From Rhizophagus irregularis (lineage: Eukaryota), in contig NC_089430.1 in NCBI RefSeq assembly GCF_026210795.1, positions 3,224,001-3,288,000 of the forward strand: DNA of 64,000 bases. Reading direction: 5' to 3'. The position numbers were made by a program, and so were the translations under genes. Positions 13,696-25,574 of this stretch are shown one piece after another. Numbering within the stretch: the first letter of the stretch is position 1; each line of letters begins with the position of its first letter. Under the pieces are notes generated by a model. It was not told the origin of the DNA, searched no databases, and was given only the letters and a program-made list of their open reading frames with translations.

Positions 13696-15369
13696 TCAAT
13701 ATCTTTGTGCTGCTTGCCTAATGTTTTTTTGCCACCCAATTTTAACAATTCCTAACTTTACCATTTGTTCATCAGTCAAATCTTTAATTGCATTTACCGT
13801 AATTTCTTCTTCTAAAAAAGCATTTTCAAATTTGGAATATACATTATTACAATTATATTTTTGATCTAAGTTAAGAAAAAATTCAGTAACTGAAGGTAAT
13901 TCATGATTTGTAGTAGGTGATGATATTGGATGAATAGATGTTGGATGAATAGATGTATTTGAAGGAGAATGAGAATAAGGATATGGCATTTGAATCACAA
14001 TAGGATTAACAGGTGTAGTAGATGTAGTAGACGCTATAGTTGGTATTTGTGTATCATTATTTTTGTTTACCAACGTGCCCAATGCTGCATTGAATGTTGG
14101 AAATGTTGGAGGAACGTCATAAGTAGTATTTTTATTATGCTATAATTTTTATTGAGGTTAGAATTGAAATAAATGCAAAATCAATTTGCTAATAATTAAA
14201 ATTACTTACAATTTCACGTGCCCAAAGCTGTAATCTAGCTGGATTTAGTTGTAAATGGTGATTTTCTTGAATAAAGCATGGTGTATTATGCATATCACAC
14301 TTGTATTTTTCACATAAAGCAGCTATGATTCCCGCTCTTGTTTGTTCTTCTTTAGATAAATCATTTTCTTGAGTAGCACGCGACTTTCTTTTCTTTTTAG
14401 AATTTGATAATATTCTTTGATTTCTTTCTTCATCAGAAGCTGAGGAATCACTTTTGTCAGAAGCCTGAAATTTTTAATATGAAATTAGATATTGAAAAAA
14501 CTAAAAAAACAGTTGAACTTCAGAACTTTCTTACCTTTGAACGCTTTGATTTTGTTTTTTCATTTGTAGAATCATCACCAATTACAATTATTATTGACAC
14601 TTTCTTGCCTGCAGCAATGATTTTCTTATAATCTTCAATAAATTCATTAAAATCCAATTTATCTTCTAATGTACTTGAAGGGCCACGCACATTTACTGCT
14701 TTATATGATATACTGTAATCTGCTGGCTTGATATTTCTATTCTTAAGTGCTTTTTGAACAGCATTATTAATTCCTTCTATAACAGTAATATATTCAACTG
14801 GTTTGATGGTTATAGTTTTAGAAGTAGAAGTTTTCTTACCCTTCTTTTCAATAGCTATTTGTAACTTGATTTGATCAATTCCATAGTCTTCAACTTCAGA
14901 AAATTCAGAAATATCATCCTCATCTTCTCCATCAACAAGATCACTAGATTTAGTATCTTCAACATCAATAGATATACTATTCATTTTGTTAGTAGATTTT
15001 TCTAATATCTTCTCCTCTTTTTCAGCAAGTATTTTTTTTTTTAGTATATATGTTTTTTCTTTTAGCTAACTTATCATTACCTTTCAATCTTTGAAATTTA
15101 CTATTGCAAGTAGAACAAAAGGTGAAAGAAAATGGAATGTTAAAATTGCTATTGTATTGAAATTTTTCGTTAGCAGAAAAAAGAAATTGGTTTGCCGTTT
15201 GCAGTTCTTCGTTGGGAGTAAAAACGCGAGAATAAATTTGTTGACCACGTTGTGGGTTGCCTACTCTTGTTGGTTTCACACTTTTATCACACTTGCAAGT
15301 GTCTAAAGTAAAACAAATTAAACACTTTTTACAAGTGTAGCAATTATCAGGTAGATATTCACGCGTCAT
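13696..15369 (-). CDS. Cargo gene of the IS630/Tc1 element: Cys-rich N-terminus, central C/H motif, C-terminal SAM-like domain; one homopolymer frameshift
   Basis: Exons ~15369-14535, 14464-14210 and 14140-13696. Motifs CYTCKKCLIC...CKC...FCSTC; CEKYKCDMHNTPCF...HLQLNPARLQLWAREI; LPSVTEFF...FLEEEITVNAIKDLTDEQMVKLGIVKIGWQKNIRQAA (SAM-like). Frame break in the T-run at 15032-15042. Confidence 0.75.
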
Positions 15370-15968
15370 TTTTTGGATTTTATTGTACAAACTGCGCCAG
15401 GTACTATCCTTTTATATCATATTTTAATTGAAAATCATTTAAGAGTCACGCTTTTATTAACAAATCAAATAACTCGGGTGTTTTTGGTGTTTTCGGTAAA
15501 TTTATTATAATTGATCGACATAGTACAGATTCAACCAAATCGAAAATAGCGATAATAACCAATTAAAATCACTGAGATTACATACATGTGATATCTAAAA
15601 TTAATGCGCGATTTTTTTTGTTTATTTTCAAAAATACACTTTTCTCTCCTTACTTATCTTTTATTAACGCTTTACGGTTCGTCTCTTCTTTTCTCTTTTA
15701 TCCAAGTATACTTTACTTATCTTTTACAATATTAACAATACTTTAGCACTTTAGTTTATATATTTAATATAGTAAGACGTACTCATCTACCATATACAAA
15801 AGAAAAGAATAAAAAAAAGGAAAAAATGTACCCCTACCCACATACAAAAAAGAGAAAAGTCTCTTTTAAATAAATAGTGAAACTGTTAAGCAAGGTATGA
15901 AAATAGGATATACGCGTATTTTTCATATTTTTCTTTACAATAGTGGTTTGAGTCTTTCTTTGTGGTAT

Positions 15969-16199
15969 AAGTGTGAATATATTTTTCAACTGCCATGTAT
16001 CTATTGCTTGTTAAATATATTTGCTTTCTTTGTTAGACTGTGGTATTACAATATGAAGTGTGAATATATTTTTCAACTGCCATGTATCTATTGCTTGTTA
16101 AATATATTTGCTTTCTTTGTTAGACTGTGGTATTACAATATGAAGTGTGAATATATTTTTCAACTGCCATGTATCTATTGCTTGTTAAATATATTTGCA
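15969..16199. repeat. 87-bp tandem repeat, ~2.6 near-identical copies
   Basis: AAGTGTGAATATATTTTTCAACTGCC at 15969, 16056 and 16143. Confidence 0.92.
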
Positions 16200-16429
16200 A
16201 TTTCTTTTGTAATATTTGCTTTAGCCTAAAGGAAAATGTTATGAAATAGGGCTGGATATTTTATGACATTTTCTGCCTTCCAATTACTTTGTCCGGGAGT
16301 AGCCTAACAATTTGTCATTGTCTGTCAGTTGTAGCAACCAGCATTTTTTTACGATTTTAAGAAACAAAACTTTTTCAAAAATTTAATAAAGAAAGAAATA
16401 ACTTAAAAATATTATTTTATTATTCTTTA

Positions 16430-17244
16430 CAAAACGCTGGCGCTGGAGTTATTTTTTCTCTCACTTATCAAATCCCAACATGTCCAAAGACTAATCATAT
16501 AGTACGCTGTGGTCTGGAACCACCCGAGATTTTTGACTACCTAGGGATGAAGTTGTAGGGTACTTGTACCCGATAGGCTAGCCTTCTCTGACTTAGGGTC
16601 TCATTAATTGGGAGACGAGGTGGTTCCTAAGTACCTTTCACATCAAGGGCGGACATTTTTTGATACTGTGCGTCAAGATGGTAATCCTATATCTGCGAAT
16701 TCAAGAAAAAAAACTCTAAATCAAAAGAATTTGGAAGCAACACATATCAAGGTAATCTAAGCATTCTTTTTAAAAAAATTTAATCAAAAATTAATTTGGT
16801 TTATATATAGTAAACTCAAAAAAAAGAAGATCTAATCATATATCTTCAGAAGAATATGAGAGTAACGCACATCAAGGTAATTTAAATATTTATTTTTTTT
16901 ATTTATTAAAGAAAAATAATTAACAAGATCTATTTTCTCTTTAAACAGCAAACTTCAAAAAAGAGGTGAAATAAATACAAAGGTATATTTTTTACTAATT
17001 TTTATTTATATTATACACTTCTTTTCTTTTTTTCTAACCTACTAACGTTTGTTTTTACTAATATATTTTACTACTAAACATACTAATAACATTTTCTATT
17101 ACTAACCATTTTTTACTAACATTTTTTTAATACTATTCTTTTTCTTTTACGAATACATTATTCATACTAATATCTTTATTACTAAAATACTATTTCTTTC
17201 TTTTAAATATTAAACAGATAAAAATAAGCGCTATTTGTAGATAA
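16430..17244 (+). pseudogene. 3' remnant of an unknown multi-exon gene
   Basis: Frames KRWRWSYFFSHLSNPNMSKD and YLSHQGRTFFDTVRQDGNPISANSRKKTLNQKNLEATHIK, followed by short exons with GT-AG introns (16752, 16877, 16983). Confidence 0.4.
16506..16629. other. 124-bp GC-rich, highly foldable insertion flanked by an AGTAC direct repeat
   Basis: AGTAC at 16501-16505 and 16630-16634. Outer stem GGAACCACC/GGTGGTTCC; inner hairpins GGGTAC..GTACCC and GTCTC..GAGAC. Confidence 0.5.
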
Positions 17245-17454
17245 CAGATATCTAATTATTTATATAGCTATATAGAATAATATATTTTTTTGTAATCTTT
17301 TTTATTATTAATTAAAAAACAATAAAACTTTTAGTTTAATTGAAAATAATAAAATTTGTGTAATAAAATTTTACTTTAGCCCGAATTAAAATTAAAAATT
17401 AATCTGAAATTATAATTTTGCCCAGATTAAATTATAATATTATATGAAAAAATT

Positions 17455-17779
17455 ATCTATCGTATTGTCAGATAAATGTACGATATGTATCCTATATTTA
17501 CCCGATATCTATATAACATGTGTCCGATATTATACTGACCAATATCTATATGATATTTATACGACATGTATAAGATATGTGCCCGATATTATACTACCCG
17601 ATATATGTGTAATATGTGCACGATATCTATAATATATATCACCGAACTTCTGCATAAACATTACAGATATCAGGTACCCGATATGTGTGTAATTGTTGCA
17701 TATCGTATACATATCATATACATATTCTACATATATCTGGTACCCGATATGCAATTGATAGCCTCGATTTTGACCTGTG
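17455..17779. mobile_element. Right end of a CAC-terminated MITE of the 'ACCCGATAT' family; left end not found
   Basis: Multiple (A)CCCGATAT motifs as in 33621-33857 and 61337-61607. Terminus TTTTGACCTGTG truncates the P-like transposase. Confidence 0.65.
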
Positions 17780-18950
17780 ATGCCAAATTATTTGATGTAC
17801 TTGGGTTGCTATACCTTGTTCACAGTCTGAATATATTGAATTAGGTAAGTTTTCTACCTGCAATTCTTCTTGCAATTCTTTTTCACATTTCATCATAAAT
17901 GATTGCAATTCTTTTTTTTCATCTTCAAAATCCAAATAGCCAATATAACGATTATCACATTGACTCCAGAGTAAACCTATTACAGATGAATTTATTAAAA
18001 AATATATATTATTTTTTTTAATAAACAATTTAACGAAACAAACCTTTTTGTATTTTAAAAGAATCATGTGAAAGAAAGCCAGTACGTCCATAAATACTGA
18101 TATTTTCAACAGTCATTTTTTGCAGAATTTGGTAAGCTGTTTTATTTTGCCAACCTGACTGTTGTTGATTTTCATTTATATAGCTTTTTAAAGTGGATAT
18201 TAAGGGTAATCACATAACGCTTTTTATAGATTCATAAGCAGTTTTACCTCCTTGACTATAAACTGAAATAACCCATTGTAAAAATCTAGAATAATAAAAA
18301 ATAATAAAATTAAGGTTCTATAGTATTGTTTTATTAATAAATATAATATTTACATGGGATGATATCTTATTCCTTTCATGGCTTGATTACATTGAATTCT
18401 AATTAATTCTTGAAAAATTGGACTAAAAGAAGAAATGTCAATTTTGTTTTTGGTAACTCTATTGGCAATCTTTTGTGCTATTTGACCCAAGTCATCTGAT
18501 ATTGCTTCCTTTTCATCTTCCACTTTTTGTTGAAATCGATCTTGTAAAATATTTATAATTTAATTCTGTTTTGATATTTTCTTTAAAAAATTCCAATGAT
18601 TAATTTATTTTACATTTTAATTTATTAACTAGTATATTTAATTATAAACATTACCTTTCGTTGCAATTGAACTTTATTTGCTAAAATTTCTTGAGAAGCA
18701 TGACTTATTTTTGTAGATAAGATACCAGCAAGATTTTGATTTCTTATTTTTGTTAACGTATCCTTTAATTTCTGACAATTTTGGCAAATATTTATTTTAT
18801 TTATTAATAAATCACAGTCTATCCTTCTGTAAGCTTCGTTAGATTGACCTTGATTTTCCAAAGTTGCGAAAACTTTATGAATATTATTTGAATTTTTTTG
18901 ATTATTTACAAGATTAATGCCCCGAAGTTTAACCACTTGTTCAAAATCTA
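17780..18950 (-). pseudogene. P-element/THAP9-like transposase fragment (multi-exon, truncated at both ends by other elements)
   Basis: Spliced translation KGIRYHP..FLQWVISVYSQGGKTAYESIKSVM*LPLISTLKSY...GFLSHDSFKIQK|GLLWSQCDNRYIGYLDF...IATQVHQIIW matches the P-type pattern (YxxLR..LPSxxTL, DExxIxxGL, GxVD, ATxV). Confidence 0.7.
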
Positions 18951-19178
18951 AATAAAGTAAATGATTAATTCATATTTTGTAAATTAGAAAAGTATATACA
19001 TCAGGAAATTTTATAGCGCAAAAAATTGTGTAAGTTTACAATTTTGTAAGTTTACGAAAGTTTATGGCATAATATTTTGAAAAATTTCAAAATATTACGT
19101 AAGTTTACAATTTCGTAAGATTTATGTGATATTATGGTTAAAATATTACACAAGTTTTTAATATCATAAGATTTACAC

Positions 19179-19638
19179 AATATTACGGTCAAAATATTTT
19201 GAAAATTTACGAAACTGTAAATCTGCGTAATATTATGGTTAAAATATTTTGAAAATTTACGAAACTGTAAACCTGCGTAATATTACGGTTAAAATATTTT
19301 GAAAATTTACGAGACTGTAAACTTGCGTAATATTACAGTTAAAATATTTTGAAAATTTACGAGACTGTAAACCTGCATAATATTACAGTTAAAATATTTT
19401 GAAAATTTACGAGACTGTAAACCTGCGTAATATTATGGTTAAAATATTTTGAAAATTTACGAGACTGTAAACATGCGTAATATTACGGTTAAAATATTTT
19501 GAAAATTTACGAGACTGTAAACCTGCGTAATATTACGGTTAAAATATTTTGAAAATTTACGAGACTGTAAACTTGCGTGATATTACGATTAAAATATTTT
19601 AAAAATTTACAAGATTGTAAACTTGCGTAATATTACTA
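19179..19638. repeat. 50-bp tandem array, ~9 units
   Basis: GAAAATTTACGAGACTGTAAACCTGCGTAATATTACGGTTAAAATATTTT with a 50-bp period. Confidence 0.93.
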
Positions 19639-21203
19639 TTCGATCGTTAAAGCTGCGTATGCAGTAGAACGTATACAAGGGCATGTGATACTATTGAATA
19701 ATCAAAAATAATATAAACACCTTTTTTTTTATATAAACACCTTTTTTTAAAGTTTGGGAAAGCAAATTTATTTTTATTTACGAATTTTTATTATTTACAA
19801 TTTTTATGTTAAAAATTAAAGTAAATTCTAATTTTTATTATAACTTAATAAAAAAATACACATTTGATACTTGTTCGCTACTATTTTATAAAATAGTACC
19901 CAGGCTGTACAGCGTGAACGTCAGTATCAATCACAGCCCAAAAAAAATGTGAGTTTCCAGCCGATATTTAGTACGGACTGGGCCTAGCTACTCACTTAAT
20001 AAATAATAAAAAAATAAAAATAATTATCTTCTTCTATGATACGTAGGTAAGTTTCTCCTTGCTTTACGATCATCACTCGTGACTAAAATTAATCAAATTT
20101 ATCAAATTTAAAACATAAACGTAAATATTAATTATAAATTTTATTATAATATAATTAGGCCAGACCAATTAAAAAGTGTATTTAACATAATATATAAGCT
20201 TACAATCAAGAGGGGGGGAGGGGGTATTGAACAACAAAATGTGAGTTGAACAAACATAATTTTAGCCAGAATTATCTTTAATTCCAGCCAAAATTTTATA
20301 TTTAATAACTTCTAAAAGAAATTCAAATAATGAGAAATATACTTTTTAATATGTAACGAAATTGTATATTTTTATTGCAATTACATGTTTGTTTATTACA
20401 AAATATTAACAATCTCTCTTTCTTTTTTGACTATTAGTTTTGATTTTAATTCTTCCAAAGAAATTTTTTCCCGAAGTTTGACATATACTACATAAAGGAA
20501 ACACAAATTTATATTTTGATGTCATATGCATCAGAATATCTACCAATCCTTGATCATACCTACACCAATAACATACGGGTATAAGATTTTTTCGTGATGA
20601 ATAATATGCTAGTTCTATTGGTGATTCACATGTAATTTTTTCGCAATAAAATGTTATATAATGCATGATCTTCAGGTACTAAAGATAATCCACAACTATA
20701 ATTTCACTCATCAATAACTAGTTGAAATTGAGATTTTTGTATTACTGTTAAAGCCTTTTCACTATAAAGACACTGGAATTTTCCACATTGAAAGCATTGA
20801 ATAATATCACGAACTTTTGTATTTGTTAAAACAGCTGCTGGTGCTCTTTCTGTACTTTCCATAGCTGCCATTAAAGTAGAACGAAATTGTTCAGTTGTAT
20901 CAGTACGGTATACAGTTTCAAATTTTTTATAACAATCTGTATTAGCTAAATTTGTAAAAAAAAAAATTTCAATAATTATAATTAAAAACAAAATTTATCA
21001 AATAATTGATTAAATGTATTTACAATTTGATAGAACAGGATCTGGTAAAAATTCTATATTTTCAAAAGTGTGCAAAGGAAGTCGAATTGGCTTACAAATA
21101 TTACAATTCGTGTCATTGCATTTTTTAATCTATAAGTTAAAAAAACTTAGTTAATAAGTTAATATATAAAAAATGTAAAAAATTACATTTAAACCATTTA
21201 ATT

Positions 21204-24200
21204 GACGATCCGGATAAGATCGGCACTAATTTACTATATAAATTCGGGGCAAAAATTTCCTGATTTATTAAGATAATATGAATATTACAAAAAAAGACCC
21301 TTTGTGCCAATGCATAAAAAATCCTGGTAACCCATATTTTTTTTTGTGTAATCTACTGCATGAATACGTAAGGAAAATGATGATATCGAAAATAAATATT
21401 TTTTATCAACTAAAAAATTGTCTTTATTTGCACGCACGTCAGATTCCTACCTTCCTATACTATATTTGAATCTCTCAATTTACGGTTTATTCCAAATATT
21501 ATTAGATAATAAGTTTATTTATATGTTTTTAGCATAATTTTTATTGAAATATTGTAACACATATACAGTTATTATAATAAAAATACGCCTCAATATATTA
21601 GATTTATCGTAAAAAATTTGAAATAACAGTTTATTTTTCTTGGACCTGCTGTAATATTCTGTAAGAAATTCTAATTTTTAGGTGTTTTCTGCTTCTTCCA
21701 TATTTCTAAGAGCCATAGATTGTTTCCATTTGCGTAAAAAAGTTGTAATCCAGTTGGCAATAGTTGACTCCTTTGGAATATCATCCAGACTAATTTCTCC
21801 TTCATGTTCACGACATAATAATTCATTTCGCATCTCTTGAGCTGACATTTTTTGTCTGGGGTTAACCGTTCCTGTATGAAACATGCATTCAAGTAACTCT
21901 TTTACTTCGGGTACAATTCTTTTCACTGGCGACCTAATCTTTTGATTCTCTTTTAGAGCCCATCCTTTATAAAATAATTCATGGCTAAAAGAATAATTTG
22001 AACATTTTGGTAATATTTGCAGCTTAGAAAACATTTACAAAGAGTAATACCTCTTTGAAATAGTATCTGATGGTGGATCGGTTGGATCAATAGTCTCTGC
22101 GCTCTATTTATTGGTTATTATTATCAATTATATTACCTACCCTATCCCAAATGAAGCTATCTCATACGATTAGAAACTACTCACTGATTCATCATTTTCT
22201 ACGATTTCAGTATCATCTAATGAACGCTGGATTAGCATTTTTCTTATTTCAAAGATACAATTTAGAAACTGTACCTTTTTTTTTGATGCTTGATGTTATC
22301 CAAGGTTGGTTTGGTCTTGTATGTTGGGTAATCACCGGGTTTGGCTTGACAAAAATTCGTTCTTTAGCAATTTTTTGTATTTTACTAGGCGAAAATTTGT
22401 TCCATGAACCAAACCCAGGAAGAGCTCTCCCATAAATATATCCTAAATCATCAGTTTCATTCGGCCAAACCCATTCTGACCAATTTGTAATTCCTTGTAT
22501 AGTACCCAATGTACTTTTACGATCTATATATAAATAAAGTGAGTAATTTTCTTTGAATTTTTGATTATAATAATCAAATCAATCACAAACCTTGAGAACG
22601 GTTAGGTTGAATATGTACTACATGAGTACCTGCTAGATCTTTGATTGCATCTTCAATATTTTCACCAGAAGTAATATCATACCCCAGTTTTACGTATCTT
22701 TTGATTGCATGAGTGATCTTATAAATAAACAAAATAATTTGGTAAATACATAGTAATTCTTTCAAAAATTTGAAAAATTATATATCTATTACCTGTGCAT
22801 GGTGAGAATCTATTGATGTTTTCGCCTCTCCTGCTTCTAAAAATATCCAATTTTTTATGCTAACATTATACCATTCCTTCCAGTATGATAAAATAATCAT
22901 CAGTTCAGTATTGTGGTAATGGGGTCCGTTATCAGAAATTATAGTAATCCATGATGGCTTCTTTTCAAGAGTTTCTATTACGCTATGTAATGACGAAGCA
23001 GTGAACCAGGCGTCCTGTTTTGTGTCATTTGACCAATGATCAAATGCTTGAATGTTGAAATTATGTGTTTCAGAATTTTTAGTATAAACAAGTATGCTAT
23101 GAAGACTCCAACCACGTTTGCCAAAAAATTCAGATTTTGTTTCTCTTGAACTTTTTGGCAGAATTCTCATTTTATAGTCTACAATTAATAATGCACCATC
23201 CAAATCTAGTTGAAGTAAATTGGAATTTAACTGAGCATTTAGATATGTCTTTCGGGCATGGTGAGACATAAATGATATTAGCTGCTTTTGATATTCTTCA
23301 AGAGTTTGATAATGCGTTATATCTAGATTGTTTTTCAATTTCTCAAAAAATTCAAATAGTCCTTCACAATTTTGGCAGACTTTTGGATGATCTCGATCAC
23401 AATCACCAAACGCATGTCGAAGACAATGACTCACACAAGAAACGTGAATAGCATTGCCCATATCATCAATTTGTAATTTTTTGTCAAAATCCTTGCGAAG
23501 GTATCGTCTTAAACTTTGTGATTCATTTACTAATTCCTTCTGATTTTATTATTTATTATATACATTAGTAAGATGCTGAATTAAATTTTTATACAATAGA
23601 AATAAAATAATAAACTTACCCGAATACCTGGATCTATAACATACTTTTCGATAATTTTTTCAATTTCAGCAAATACTAAATAACCACATTCATTACACGT
23701 CATACATAATCCTCCAAGATCTTCTTTATATTGGAAGCGCCCTCCTTCTAAACGTGTCATAAATGATGTACGTTGCATACCATCAGGATATTGTTCATGA
23801 AAGTTTTTCCATAATGCCCGTTTATGATCTTGAAGATATAATACAGGTAATCCACTTTTATTATCAGTCTTGTACGAACTCATATTTACATTTTTTTTAT
23901 CCGCAAAAAATAATTCAAATTGACTTAGCATTTCTTCTTTTAGCTTGACACGATGAATAACTGGTTTTAATAATGGAGGTGCGCCATAACCATTAACTCG
24001 TGCATGTTTTCTGGATTCAGAAATAGTATGTCTTCCAACCTTTCAATACACAAAGTAATAATTAATTATTATTTATGCAATATTAAGTTAGGAATTTTTA
24101 TTGTATAAAATTTTTGTACCTACATTCAAATTTGTTTCCAATTCTGAATAAGAAAATTCGTCTGCAATAATTGATAAAACCCTACGTTTACCATCACAGT

Positions 24201-25574
24201 TTTGCTTATTATCATCCAATGCACGTCTAAAAGAATTCCAAAAAGTCTTGGTTTTGTTTGGCATGTGAATGGGGGTGCTGACAAGAAAACCTATTTTGCT
24301 AAGTTGTTGAAGTGTTACACGATCTTGTTCAGGTTGGGATGATCTAGACCAAAATTGATACTAATAAAAATTGTTCATCAATATAATTTTATCAATATTA
24401 TTTCGTATAGAATTTAGATTGTAAAATACATTACCTCTGATTCTTTATTTGACCAAGGAGTTACGTTATAGCTACCAACATCCCGAAGCATAGATTGCCA
24501 TGCTCTTAATTCTCGATCACTAAATTTATGATTATTTGGATATAAAATTCGTAATTGTGAATATAATTCAATAATTGGACTTTCTTGTTCAAGCCAACCA
24601 AGAAATAATTGATGCCAATTGAGATTTGCAATTGTTCTTCGTTTTAAATGGTAATTATAAATTTGTTTCATAATAGAATAATCATTCCAATTTTTTGGAA
24701 AACATATGGGTAATTTTACTTTATGCTGATGAATGAGAGTTTGGACGAAAGAATTTTCAAGGCCAAATAGTAGGTTTCCATTATATTTTTTCATTAGCTC
24801 TGATTTTTTCCATACAGCAATTGGTGTTTCCCCTTCAAATTTCTTTTTCATTTGGTTATCCTGATAAATTTCAAGAATACATTTATCTTCTTCAATTTTA
24901 GATACGTAAATTGCCTGTTTATTGCCATTAAATTTGTATATCAAAGATGATTTGTATCCGGAACCAGCATTTAGCCAATCTACTTGAGAAGAAATTCCTA
25001 TTCCATATATAAATATTTTCAGTGATTCAATAATAATTGAAATAGGAACAAATAAAACATCTCCTAAAAGTTTATGAATAATATCTTCGTCTTGCCATCC
25101 TAATACCAAAGGGCCAGAAAATCGCGTTCCATTTTCAAAAATTTGTAAATATACCGAAGATATAGCATTAGAAGGATCGCTTTCTATTTGACTAATATAT
25201 GCGTCACTTTGACACAAATACCCAGGTAAAAAGGCATGATTTTTATTACCAACAACAATAGTTACAAAAAAATCGTGACTATTAAGACAGGTTTTGGTTT
25301 TTTGACCAATACGAAGAGGAAAAAAAGTCACGTTTTCTTTATCTGTTGACATTTTCCACCAAAAACGAGAATATGGCCCATAGTGAAATTCTTCAACTAT
25401 AGAACCAAGATCCACTAGACTAACTGCAATTGAGCGGTGTTTTGGCATAAATATTAGAGTGATATTAGTCGCGCGCGTCAGATTCAGAAAAGCTATGTAT
25501 GTTATAATGCTACTTATCCCCGAATTTCATTATGACGTACATAGTCACATGGTGCCGATCTTATCCAGATCATC
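21204..25574. mobile_element. Sola-like (Sola3-type motifs) element, 4.37 kb, ~35-bp TIRs, AATT TSD
   Basis: Left GACGATCCGGATAAGATCGGCAC; reverse complement of right GATGATCTGGATAAGATCGGCAC. AATT at 21200-21203 and 25575-25578. Confidence 0.85.
21678..25448 (-). CDS. Sola-type transposase, multi-exon, with N-terminal FYR-like region and C-terminal HTH-like region; possible lesion near 22250
   Basis: IVDYKMRILPKSSRETKSEFFGKRGWSLH, ISDNGPHYHN, FLEAGEAKTSIDSHH; Cys motifs CMTCNEC and CQNC. Exons include 24435-25448, 23619-24040, 22791-23540 and 21678-22034. Confidence 0.75.

Larger units (their letters stand above)
12044..15555. mobile_element. IS630/Tc1-mariner element, 3.5 kb, ~66-bp TIRs, TA TSD, two convergent genes
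   Basis: Left TTATCGCCATTTTCGATTTGGTTGAATCTGCACTATGTCGATCAATTATAATAAA; reverse complement of right TTATCGCTATTTTCGATTTGGTTGAATCTGTACTATGTCGATCAATTATAATAAA. TA at 12042-12043 and 15556-15557. Confidence 0.93.

Noticed and set aside
13696..15369. Fanzor/TnpB nuclease as the second gene of the IS630-like element
   Set aside because: No RuvC I/II/III motifs or terminal zinc ribbon are visible; the C-terminus looks like SAM.
19179..19638. CRISPR or iteron array
   Set aside because: Plain 50-bp tandem repeat without spacers.
18999..19690. Helitron (A|TC start, hairpin near 19650)
   Set aside because: The CA before TC is conserved in all three copies, so it belongs to the element, and there is no CTRR terminus after the hairpin.
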